NCBI RefSeq assembly: GCF_001194135.2
Contig: NC_068998.1
Coordinates: 54,184,313-54,248,312, forward strand
Source of the DNA: Octopus bimaculoides
Taxonomy: Eukaryota
Direction: 5' to 3'
Length of the DNA: 64,000 nucleotides
A program made the translations under genes and the position numbers. Below, one piece after another: positions 1-13,267 of the stretch. The notes beneath the pieces are model-generated. The model made no database searches, was not told the origin of the DNA, and was given only the letters and a program-made list of their open reading frames with translations. The stretch's first letter is position 1. Every line of letters begins with the position of its first letter.

Positions 1-166
1 CATATTTGTATGTATGTATGTATGTATGTATGTATGTATGTATGTATGTATGTATGTATGTGTGTGTGTAAGCAGGCATGTAAGAATGTATGCATATAAG
101 TCCACATATATTTGTGTGCATATATCTGTAGATATACAAGCATTATGTGTGTGTGTGAGTATACAG

Positions 167-345
167 GAGTGGCTGTGTGGTAAGAAACTTGCTTCCCAAC
201 CACATGGTTCCGGGTTCAGTCCCACTGCGTGTTACCTTGGGCAAGTGTATTCTACTATATCCTCGGGCCGACCAAATCCTTTTGAGTTGATTTGGTAGAC
301 GGAAACTGAAAGAAGCCCGTCGTATATATATATATATATATATAT
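167..345 (+). mobile_element. SINE 5' half (A box TGGCTGTGTGG, B box GGTTCAGTCC, CORE-like motif) ending in (TA)n
   Basis: Same family as 27850-28125. Other 5'-half copies at about 19575, 20438, 20945, 26250, 37550, 37710, 39300, 45190, 51990, 60690 (+) and 16110, 32915, 33955, 45445, 56190, 61700 (-). Confidence 0.85.
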
Positions 346-639
346 TTATTTATTTATTTAGAAATTTTTTAGACTACAACCATTTCTTCTTTTTTTTTTG
401 CCTATGGACCCCTTTTATTCCTATTTTACTCGGCTGGACCCTCATAGCCATTCGATGTTTAAAAGAAACCTTATCATATATTCAGAATTAAATATTATTA
501 GAAAATGTATTTAAAAACCCTGTTAAATATTTTGTACATTGTTGAAGCATAACCAATTTATTGCGCATAAATTTTAAGAACAAAATCTTAAATGAACCCC
601 TAAGGCTCATATGAACCTCCAAGAGTCATATGGGCCCTA

Positions 640-653
640 GTTAAGAACCACTG
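640..653. mobile_element. Probable hAT/Charlie-type MITE 3' terminal inverted repeat
   Basis: GTTAAGAACCACTG is the reverse complement of the CAGTGGTTCTTAAC hAT end. The partner TIR was not seen. Confidence 0.35.
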
Positions 654-1085
654 GACTACACTATTATACACATCCATCCACGTTTTAAAGATAGCAACGT
701 TTGATTTGAGAGCTGGCTGTTCTTCAAGCATTTCTAGCGACTACGTTTGAGCTTCTGTCTTTGAAGGGACTTGGACGTCGTGTTGCATGTCTAAACCCGT
801 TAATTTCCTCTATATAATAAATGATTGATATTAGTTCGCTGTCATTTCAACCATTTCCTTCAGAGCCTTCTGTTTACTTTGATGTTTAGTCATGGAATAT
901 GAAGGAATGTTCTATAATATTTCATTGCAAAAGCTATGATATTCTTTCTCTTATCAGTTAGTATCTTCTGCCCACGATTCGCACCCATTTTGTCTCACCC
1001 CGAAAGATGACTTTGAAAGACGGACGAAATGCCGTTAAGCATTTGGTCCGGCGGGTTAACGATTCTGCCAACTCGCCGCCTTCAG

Positions 1086-1231
1086 GATGATCATGATGAT
1101 GATTATGATGATTATGATGAGAACTACAGTAACGACGGCACTGAAGACGACGATGATGATTATGATGATAACAATCATCGTCACCATGACGACGATGACA
1201 ACGATGATGATGGTGATGATGATGATGATGA
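1086..1231. repeat. Imperfect (GAT/GAC)n trinucleotide repeat
   Basis: Direct reading; it produces spurious poly-Asp, poly-Met and poly-Ile ORFs. Confidence 0.95.
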
Positions 1232-1559
1232 AATTACACACGCACCACGAGAAATCCAAGCATTCCCTCAACTTTCTCCCAGCCATCATCATTCACTGGG
1301 GAGGAGGAGGAGGGAGATGTGGAAGGGAGGTGGAGGAGGTATTTGTCTCCCCCTCATCCCCCCACCCCTCGGAGACATTTACTTACATGAAAAGAGAAAG
1401 CTTGTCGTTTTTACTAACAAAAGTTAATTAACAGCCATTGACCACAACAGAATGACCCTTAAAAAGGAAACGCTTTATCGAGTTTGTCTTCTTTAATTTT
1501 TTTTACCCTTCTCTTTCGACTTTCTACAGAGTATTAACGACCAACTTCATATTTGGCAA

Positions 1560-3712
<2,153 letters not shown>

Positions 3713-3947
3713 ATCTTCGGTTTTTGTTTGTTTTGTTTTGATTTTAGAATTATTCGTCCAAAGAAACAGGAACTTCTTTCTGACGAACGAAGAAGCAAAA
3801 CTCATTCGCTGGAATCTTAATCTGAACAACAGAATAGGTTTACATGCCTTGGAAATACCTTTTATATTTTAGATGTTCCAATTACAAATTGGATTTCAGA
3901 AACACGCGTTAGGTGGGGAATTTTCTTTGCCAGAAAACCTCAACTTA

Positions 3948-3958
3948 ACTACTACTAC

Positions 3959-4008
<50 letters not shown>
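3948..4008. repeat. (ACT)4 followed by (AGT)n
   Basis: Direct reading; the strand switch at 3959/3960 forms a 24-bp palindrome. Confidence 0.95.
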
Positions 4009-4010
<2 letters not shown>

Positions 4011-7000
4011 TGTGTGGAGCATGCGCTGTAACAGTGCGTTGCTGCATCCACCGTCTGTTCGTGATTCGTTATTACTCCTGACGGATGGTGTCTTTGCACC
4101 ACACAAGCGACGATCCTCTAACCTATGGATCCGTTTGTGGGGGTGGTCACTGCTGGTGAGGAATGTACGAGGTCGGAGTGTAAATCCTACCTCAACGTCT
4201 TTTAGTCACCTTTTTACGCGATGCAAAGGAAACGTTGGTTCTCTTCTTTGACATCTCGGTCCCCATGCGGCACTAAAGCAACGTGAAATGAAGTACTTTG
4301 CACAAGAACACAACATGCAACCTGATCTGGGAATCGAACCCACGATCGGGCGGTCATGAGTCCCGATCTTTTTCTCTTGGGGACGACACAAAAACACGGT
4401 AGCAGAATTTTCGACTCGAGTCAAATATAACGAACTGCTCCAAATCCTTGTTAGAATATCCACGTAAGTGGAGTCAGGACAGGTTAAATAGGACTGGCAT
4501 CAATTCGTCAAACCAAATAATGATATTTTGAAAGCATTTAATACGTATTAATATAGCAGTTCGGCAAAAGAAACCGATAGAATAAGTACGAGGCTTTAAA
4601 TAACTAAGTACTGGAGTCGATTCATTCCACTAAAAGTGACCGATTTGTTTTCCGAAGTGATGCCCCAGCATGGCCACAGTCCAATGACAGAAACAAGTGA
4701 AAGAGAACAGAAATTGTCTCTTTTCACCCTCTCTGATCCTCTCTTTCTCTCTCTCTCCCGCTTTCTCTCTCACTTTCTCTCTTTGTACAAGTATGTATTT
4801 ATATGCTTCTATATGTGTGTGTATGTATGTATGTACGTTTAAGTGTGCGAGTCCATGTGTGTGTGTTTGTGCATGTGCGTATGTGTGTACGTATGTGTGT
4901 ATGTATGTGTGTATGTATGCATGCCGGTATACCTTTTACTTTGTATCTTGTTTCGGTTATTGGACTGCAGCCCCGCTGGTCCACAGTCTCAAAGTCTTTT
5001 AGTCGAACGAATCGACTCCAGCACAGACGGACGTGAGCGTGTGCAAAAGGGACAGAAGGTGGGGTAGATTGACAGTTAAATGATTCTGTTCCAATGCAGA
5101 ACAAGACATTATCCGTTGAATCTCAGCGCTATAAGTTGCAGCTGTTGCCGACTTGGCCAATTCAATCGCCCTTGAATAAGTAAATAATGTATGGTTGTAA
5201 TGTAGTGAACATCCAATTGGGAAAAATGACTGAAAACATTTTTGCCAGCATTTCCCCGAGACCATGATAGCGAAATGGAAAAATGCCAAATCCAAAGATG
5301 AAATATAACCGCTAATAATTGTAATTAAGATTGCCGGAATAATGGAGAAGTATTAGCTTAGGATAAAAACACCATCAATGCAATATAAAGTGACAAGGCG
5401 AAATTAGAGTTGAGAGCTAGCTGTTACTTAGTAACATGGCGGCAGTTCACTTGTTACAACGAAACAAATGATTAATGATAAAGTTAGTATAGGATGGTTA
5501 CAGGGTGTTGAAGATAATATTTAAGCCTTCTTTCTTCTAACAAAATCAAGTCTTAATATTCAAATATAAAATGCCGGAGAAAGGTTATAGATGAATGATT
5601 TTTACAAAGTCAAGCATTAGAAGTCTGTAATTTTATCGATGGTCGAATATTTATTGCTCATTCAACGATTCTAGCGTTCTTTATTTTCTTTCCATTTTTT
5701 TTTTCTATTACTGAACCTTTTCACCTCAAGAAACATCGGAATATTTAGTGTAAAGAACATGAATTCAAGCGGCGACTCTGTGACTATCATTCCTCAAACC
5801 CGGCTGTGGAGAATGAGAAGTGTATAATCTTAGACACAATACAGATCGAAATTATTAACAATTTATTTCATTTATTTATTTCCTTTTTTTTTTTCCCCCT
5901 TGCGGAAGAAGCTTCCGCCTTTCTTTTTTTTATTTTCAGTCACTGTTTTTGTTTTATTTGCTTCTTTAGATATTCTTGTTGTTTTTGTTATTTTTGTGTG
6001 TGAAGTACATTAAAGTTTTATTATATTTCGTCGTGTTATAGAAGACAAAAGCAATGATTAACTCTTCGTCTTTGCCTGTTGAGACATTTTCTTCCCTGCC
6101 TTAATAATTATCTTTGAAATGAGAAATCCATTTCCATTCAACCGTTTTTCGATCCATTCTTGGAAAAAAGTCTCAACATGTTCATCTGCTGCCGGGTCAT
6201 TCATGCTTCTAGTACTACTTGTCCATACTCATCAACTGTGGGTCGAATAGGATGTACCAGTGGTCGAATTCTTGGCTTTGGCAATCGGAGTCCTTAGGTG
6301 GGATTTGATCTCAGAACATAAAAATCCAGTACAAATACCACAAGGCATCTGGTTCGTATATTTGATAATACAGTCCGGGGTACAAATACTTGAAAAAAAA
6401 AGACAGGCTGGTCATGGCTGTAGCGCCATTGATTATATTGCTACTCAACCAACAGATATTGGGTAAAACAACAATAAAATAAAATTATAAGGTGGAAAGC
6501 TCTGGTCCGTTATTTTTCTCTGGCACTTATTCATCGAATGGCGAGAAGCTGAAATTTAAAGTTGGCCTCGGCAGGATGCTAAGAACCAGAATGAATACTG
6601 CAAGAAATTCTCTCCGGTGAAGTGACGTCTTTAGAGTATGTGCCACTGGGGGGGGGGGGGGGCAGCTCATTTGTTTGCCGCTCCTACTTTGCCCCCTATA
6701 CAGGATTATAGACCCAAAAGTGACACCTGAGGCGAAGCATCCTCATCGCTACATCTCAGACTAGGCGACAGATCCGACGCTCTAACGACCTTGGCTAATT
6801 CAGCAATTTGGATGGGTTTATTCCTGCTAAAGATAAAGGACCACCTGTCCACGCTGGACAATTACAGGTCGGATGGGGTGTTCCCATGGTCAAGGGATTA
6901 ATTCACAAGGCATTGATCGGTCCGGAGCTATAGAAGAAAATACCTGCCGAAGATGCTAAGCGAGTTTCTGATCCACATAGCCATAGCTTTATTGTAAACC

Positions 7001-8659
7001 ACATGGAAAATCAGCGTGACAGTGAGAGTGACAGGTTTTGTCCTTTATAAATCCCATTCTCAAAGGCTTCCACACAGTTTCCCTATACTCAATTTTAAGT
7101 CACAGGGCTTTGGTCGCCTTGAAACTTCAATAAACAAAAATCATTTGGTCTTGATTTCGAGCAAAAGAACCGAACGCAGAACCTCGTAATTGCAAAACTA
7201 TCTTTTTAACCACTTTGCCTGCATCCACCTAACTCCATTTCACCACATTATATCATTAAGGAACTGGACCGGGTCAGAACTTATGATGTGAAACATTTTA
7301 TCCGGAGAAAATATCGAATAATTTGATAGAAATAGTAATACTATATTTGATAAATATATTTCTTCTGAACAGATTTATCAAATGTGAAATGTCTATAGTA
7401 AACCGAGGTGCCGAGAGGTCTGGCAACGTCTATCCTAATAATGTGTAATCGTAATAACTGTTATAATATATTTATTATGCGACGGAAGTGAGACTCTGTG
7501 ACGTTCACACCTTTCTAAAGAGAATAGGNNNNNNNNNNNNNNNNNNNNNNNNNNNNNNNNNNNNNNNNNNNNNNNNNNNNNNNNNNNNNNNNNNNNNNNN
7601 NNNNNNNNNNNNNNNNNNNNNNNNNNNNTGTGTGTGTGTGTGTGTGTGTGTGCGTGTGTGTGTATGTGTGTATACATATGCACATATATGTGTGCATATT
7701 TATGTGTATGTGCGTGTATGTGTGTACGTTCGTATGTACGCATATGAGTGCAAACATGGCTCTGTGGTTCAGACGTACGGGTCGCAACATTGTGCTTCAG
7801 GGTTCGATCCTATCCTGCGTTACCTTGACCCAGTGTCTCCTATCATCCAAACAACCGTGCCAAATCGTCTCATTCTGTTGTCCTGTTTGTTATCAACCAA
7901 AATAAAAAATATATTTTCCGTATCCTTTTGCTATATCGATGAATCCTGATATTTATAGAACATAATTAAAATTTATTAATTGAACAGGATTGATATAAAT
8001 ATTTTACTTTTCATACACATAAAAATATGCTCACAGAGGGAGAGAAATGAGAGAGGAAGGTAACGAAAAAAAAATTAAAACGTTTTCTGTTAAATAAGTC
8101 AGCGTTGAATTAGTCGATACCAAATAGGCGGCGCCAAAACTGCTGCGCCCAAATGTCTCACACTCGGCTACTATACCCACATGTTTTTGTGGACGTTCTT
8201 TAACAGGAACAACTCAAACTTCGTACTTAATGTAGAAGAAATAATTAACGGCCATTCTTTCCGTCGGTGGCGAAAATTTTCTTACAAATATATTCTATTG
8301 TCTTGACTAACTTCTCTATAATTTAATCTAGTATTTTCTGTCTCTGGTACCTTATTAAAACTGTTTCCAATCTATATTTTCTTTCATATTAACCCTTTAT
8401 TATTTATAATAACTACCCTTCTGGCAGATAAAAGAAATTATTCTTCATAATGACTCGTGTCAATGTCCATTAACTCTATAAAGTCTATTGTTCATAATTC
8501 TTGACGCTTCAAATACTAAAGTTCTTGTGGAAATAAAACGAGAGAAAATTGAAAGCTTGGGCTAACTCCAAGGATTCTTTATGTTTGAACAATATTATTG
8601 CATGCTAGTAATTATAATATCTAGCGGTTGTGGCAGAGTTATTGACATTTGAATTTTGT

Positions 8660-9163
8660 ATACACATACGTATAATATATATATATATATATAGATAGAT
8701 ATACATATATGTGCATATATATATATATATGCATAATGTATATATATATACGTATATATATATAAGTGTATACGTATGTTTATATATGCATATATATATG
8801 TATATACATATATATATGCACATATATATATGTATACATATATATATATGCACATATATATGTATACATATATATATATATATATACATACACACACATC
8901 AGATACGTATGTTCATACACACACATATATATATATACATTTATATTCACATATATACTATATATAGTATATAACAAACGTAATNNNNNNNNNNNNNNNN
9001 NNNNNNNNNNNNNNNNNNNNNNNNNNNNNNNNNNNNNNNNNNNNNNNNNNNNNNNNNNNNNNNNNNNNNNNNNNNNNNNNNNNNNNNNNNNNNNNNNNNN
9101 NNNNNNNNNNNNNNNNNNNNNNNNNNNNNNNNNNNNNNNNNNNNNNNNNNNNNATACACACAT

Positions 9164-9227
<64 letters not shown>

Positions 9228-9245
9228 TAAATAAATAGATAGAAA
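8660..9245. repeat. Compound (TA/CA)n and (AGAC)n microsatellites around an N-gap
   Basis: Direct reading. Confidence 0.95.
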
Positions 9246-9644
9246 GATATGAAAGTTATCTAAAAAATTTTTGCATCAAACGGATTCCTTCCCTTTAAAT
9301 AAGCCGAAAAAAGATCAATAGATAATGAATTACATTTTCTGCATATCGATCAGTGAAGCGTTATATGTTTGTTATGGTTTGTTAATAGCTCACTAACTTC
9401 AGCCCCCGGAGATTTTTTTAGTGCAGCTGGAGATACATTTAACTGAAAGTTTCGAAAGAGAAAACCGTGACAGATGAGAAACTTCCTCGCGCAGGCCCCG
9501 ACCAACAAAACCGTACCAACTGCCTCTCCGTCGTCCTTTTTCTTTCTCTTCTTCTGTATTTTGCTTATTTGTTTGTTTTTTCCTTCATCTGTTTTTTTTA
9601 TCTAGTTCAGCTCACGAGCTGTGACCATTATCTTTTATCTTTTC

Positions 9645-9945
9645 TCTTTTACTTGTTTCAGTCATTAGACTGCAGCCAAGCTGGACCATCGCTTTGAAGA
9701 ATTTTTAGTCGAATGAATTCACCCCAGTATTTGTATCGGATCTTTTCCCTTTCAAAAGATCCTTTGTTTCTGTTTTTTTCTGTAAAGCCTGGTGCTTATT
9801 CAGTCGGTCTCTTTTGCCAGACCGCTATTTTACGGTGACGGATGTAAATGCAACAATACCGGTTGTCAGTTGGTAGTGGTTGTCAATTGGGGGTGGGAGA
9901 CAAACACAGACAGAAGCACACACACACACAACACACACATAAAGA
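9645..9945 (-). mobile_element. SINE 3' arm with (CA)n
   Basis: TTTTACTTGTTTCAGTCATTAGACTGCAGCC...GGGAGACAAACACAGAC. Further 3'-arm copies at about 4555, 4935, 15540, 21985, 22980, 24940, 32585, 39470, 41770, 48830, 52440, 59110 and 63070. Confidence 0.8.
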
Positions 9946-9988
9946 ATAGAGCAGTAATTATTAAAATAGAAATTTTAATTCTGGTCAT

Positions 9989-10050
9989 AGAGTTACCAAA
10001 GGTTTCGCATCCACGAAAGCCACAGCCTTGTGGACAGCTCGACAGACTCT
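9989..10050 (-). ncRNA. Type I hammerhead ribozyme fold of a Penelope-like element (one core substitution)
   Basis: Minus strand: stem I AGAGT, core CTGTCGA (A6->T), long stem II GC-t-GTCCAC...GTGGAT-GC, GAAA, stem III CC-ttt-GG, triplet GTA, stem I' ACTCT (5 perfect bp). It lies ~110 nt 3' of a GIY-YIG ORF end in the same orientation. Confidence 0.8.
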
Positions 10051-10162
10051 CTACAAAGACGAAGAAAATTAAACTTTCTACCAAGCGGACGTGAACGTTA
10101 ATGAGGACGTGTTGTGTCCCCTGAATCAGAGTATAAAACAACCCTTACAAACTCGAAAAGGC

Positions 10163-10420
10163 TTAACCAGCAAACGAGGAGACCCAATTTTCCAATAGGC
10201 AACGCTTGAAGCGGGCACATTTAAAGAAAACTTCTTTACGACTACCTAACGCACCAGGTTTAGTATAGTTCTTTAAAATGTTGATTCTCTCCGCGATACA
10301 GATTTTGAAGTGGCCACTCCCATGAATCAATGGGCCTGAATGATCTATTATTTTCCACCTGGTATCACATGGGGTCCCTTGATTTTTGAGGTTCCACACA
10401 GGTGATACTTTGGCATGTGA
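10163..10420 (-). mobile_element. Penelope-like element, C-terminal part of GIY-YIG endonuclease domain
   Basis: VWNLKNQGTPCDTRWKIIDHSGPLIHGSGHFKICIAERINILK...SRKEVFFKCARFKRCLL resembles the PLE C-terminal pattern 'W.LK...I.WKII....Y......C..C..E...IL.....LN.R.E...KC.H..K.LL'. A hammerhead lies downstream. Confidence 0.75.
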
Positions 10421-10547
10421 TAAAAAAAAACACTTAACATGTGGACTACAGATTTTTGGTTCTCTATATATACATATATATATANNNNNNNNNNTATATA
10501 TGTATGTATATGTATATGTATATCCATATATATACACATATGTATAT

Positions 10548-10695
10548 GATGGGGATAGCTGTGTGAAAAAGTACCACAGCCTAGTGGTTGAAGGTACCTG
10601 TGGAAGAGGTAGATCCAGGAAGACCTGAGATGAGGTGGTGAAGCACGACCTTCGAACGTTAGGCCTCACCATGGCAATGACTACTGACTGAGACA
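10548..10695 (+). mobile_element. RTE-clade LINE, 3' end of ORF2 (fragment)
   Basis: DGDSCVKKYHSLVVEGTCGRGRSRKT*DEVVKHDLRTLGL matches the RTE GRGRPRKTW motif and is closely similar to the copy at 63759-63983. Confidence 0.85.
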
Positions 10696-10769
10696 TATCA
10701 AGGATTTCTTTCTCCCACATGTTTTTCGTGACGGAATATTGGGATTTAAGAGAGAATACGGCTATGGAC

Positions 10770-11030
10770 ACCTTCAACTTTATGACGGTAGCCACTACAG
10801 TTGGTAGAAGGCACCCGAGATAAGCCTGGTCCTCCCACTGGATTTTATCCAAAGCCTTGGCAACGTTAGACATCCCCTGGGCGTGCTCCGTTAGGAAGGT
10901 GACATCAGAATCAGTGAAGGTCTGCAGCTTCAGCTGTGTCATCACCCTGTGGACAGTCACCTATTCTTCTCCAGCAGGTTGTTGAGGACAACAACAAAGT
11001 CATAGGTAGAGATCCATCTGGTACTGTTGG
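10770..11030 (-). mobile_element. hAT transposase fragment (frameshifted)
   Basis: NSTRWISTYD (hAT TRWNS motif), a 1-nt frameshift, then TFLTEHAQGMSNVAKALDKIQWEDQAYLGCLLPT, typical of the hAT/ZBED catalytic region. Confidence 0.75.
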
Positions 11031-13267
11031 CGATTGCTGTTCAAGAAATAAATATATTTATTATCTATTCCAAATAGAAACTATATAAGTAAGATAATAC
11101 ACCACATTATAAAAGTAGAAACCAATCAGCCGTTATAACAAGCTCACCGTTATACATGCATACATATATGTATATATGCATGTATGTATTCTACTCATTG
11201 TTACATATTGAAATCTCTAGATTCGTAGCAACAATCTTTGTTGTTTAATTTTTCGCTTTCTTATTTATGTTTTCTTTGTTTTGCTTTGTTTATTAATGTT
11301 TTAGCGAAGAGATGGCTTTAGATAATCCCATGAGATTGATGAAGTTAACATCCATCTTAAATATCTGTAAGTCGACAGCTGTGGGAGGGAGTGAAGGAAA
11401 GAGGGTCAAGAAGGAAACTTCGGTGTGATGGAATATTGTGGGGAAGAAAGAAATAAAGAATGGATATCAAACTGAAATAAGCCTGGATAAGGAAATACAA
11501 TATGTGTGTCGGAAGTTGGGTTGTGTGGAAGTGTTATGCAACGAACTAGTGCAAAGAAACACAGGACATGGTTGTCATAGAAAAATCAAAGACAGGCAAC
11601 ATCACATTTATGTAGATGAGAGCTTCAGTTATGTCGGTGAATGAGGATTGACAATCAGTCAAACGGCTTTATTTTAGATGAGGTTTGGAGTATTTTTGTT
11701 AGCACAATTACATGCTTTCCACACACACCCCCCGCGAAAAATATTGTTGACTAATTCGCTTCCCAGATTTTAATAATATTTTTTTTCTTTTAATCAGCCA
11801 CTGAATAAGGAAAAGTCAAGTTGGTATTAGCGTAAAGGAAATAAGTATATTTTCTCTTTCTTCCTCTGTGAAACAAATAAAACACCATAAGGAAAGGAAG
11901 TCCTTTCCTCGGGGAAACATGAAGCAGTGCAGCAAAACCTGTAAGAAAGTTTGGGTCCAATTGAAGAGAAGCAAAAGACAGCCTAGACTCGGCAACGGAA
12001 GAGGAAAGTCGTTGCTGGCTGATGCTCTGAAAGGAAACGAAGGGATTAAGTCTGAAAGAAAGAAATGTGGCAATGTGTTTCTCGAGCAGTTTATCTGTGT
12101 CCTTACTTTTTCAAGAGAGTGAAAGAAGATTTGGGAGAGATTTGGCTACTATTTCTAGCAGCCCAAGTTACCACATAGTCTTATTTAGAATCTTGTTTAG
12201 TTTTATTATCGTTGTTAATCCATTTACTGTGTAATCGTGTCATTATTACTACGAAAAAAAACTAAAGATGATTCGGATGGTTGTATGTAAGGTACAAAAC
12301 TCTGCTTATCTTAGATTAACAGAAATATCACATTTAAAGTAGAACGATTAGCAATGGGTAATAAGCTTTTTTTTTTTAATTATCCCTTAACGATTGAGAC
12401 ATATCAATTTGTGGTACAAATAAATCATATTTAAACAGAAAATGAATGAAATATTTTGATAGAGGAAGAATTTAACGCCAGTGAAACGAAAATTACCTCC
12501 CTTATTGCTGTGTTATTTCCCTTGGATCAGGAAACTATTTGCTTCGACTCTTATGTCGGTGTGAAGAAATTAGTTCTGTAATTAAGACTACGAGATGCTT
12601 AATTACTTATTACAGACTGGGCAGACAATTTAAAGGAGCCTTCGGTATACCTTTATAGGTGTGCCCTAACATCGACTTTGTTACCTCATAACTTTTAGAA
12701 AGAAAATGTATATTTTCTAATGAAATTTTCTACGAAAACCTTTAAACTGACACACACCACAAAGTCATTTCAAGTTTTATTTTGTGTCAGTATGTATGAA
12801 TGCGCCCCCATTTATTTATCTTGTCTCTATTTTGCATTAAATTCTGGTTTTATTGTAATCTTCATCATCTGAAAGATATTTGTAGAAATGGTCATTAAAA
12901 AAAAACAAACCTAGTTTTCTGAGTCATGAGGAAACAAATTCAGTTGTGGGAATCATTTATATGCTAATTGCCAACTTCAGAATCCGGCAAACTTTCGGAA
13001 AAACCTTCACAGATTGAAATTTCTCCGTTTTTGACGGGATTTTTCCAATTTTTGTTGCTGTCTTCTACATTTCAAAGCAAAGGTTGGGCATTTTACAAAA
13101 AATAATTCCAAATTTTTAAGTATCTGTATCACCCGTATCCCGTCATGTCTTCATGACAGAAGCCAATGTTACGTTTTTGATGTCGAAGATTACGAATATG
13201 CAAAAAATAAAAAAAATTTTTTTTTCTATTTCGCCCCCCAAAATTTAAATTTTTCATATTCTTTATT

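Noticed and set aside
167-240. tRNA genes at A-box/B-box motifs
   Set aside because: All are SINE heads with no cloverleaf and are followed by SINE core sequence.
1029-1431. Poly-Asp / poly-Met ORFs resembling an acidic protein
   Set aside because: All frames are open only because of the (GAT)n repeat next to a SINE; there is no exon context.
5100-5179. Exon-like plus-strand segment (tgcag|NKTLSVESQRYKLQLLPTWPIQSPLN|gtaaat)
   Set aside because: No recognisable homology or partner exons; such signals arise by chance. RNA-seq would settle it.
6058-6210. Minus-strand 48-aa ORF MNDPAADEHVETFFQEWIEKRLNGNG..., faintly like a CENP-B/pogo HTH
   Set aside because: Short, with stops immediately upstream, adjacent to decayed SINE sequence, and too weakly similar to call.
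7920-7929. U12-like donor GTATCCTTTT on the plus strand (also GTATCCTTT at 51110-51118)
   Set aside because: No upstream exon or matching branch point; the second is antisense to MMS19. Expected by chance in AT-rich DNA.
9394-9442. Exon-like minus-strand 49-nt segment with good acceptor and donor
   Set aside because: The peptide LNVSPAALKKSPGAEV is unrecognised and no compatible neighbouring exons were found.
10163-10960. 265-aa ORF as one protein
   Set aside because: It is a chimera of hAT, antisense RTE, microsatellite/N and GIY-YIG pieces.
12070-12122. Hammerhead-like spacing on the minus strand (TTGAAAA...GAAAC)
   Set aside because: The core has two mismatches and the stems do not close.
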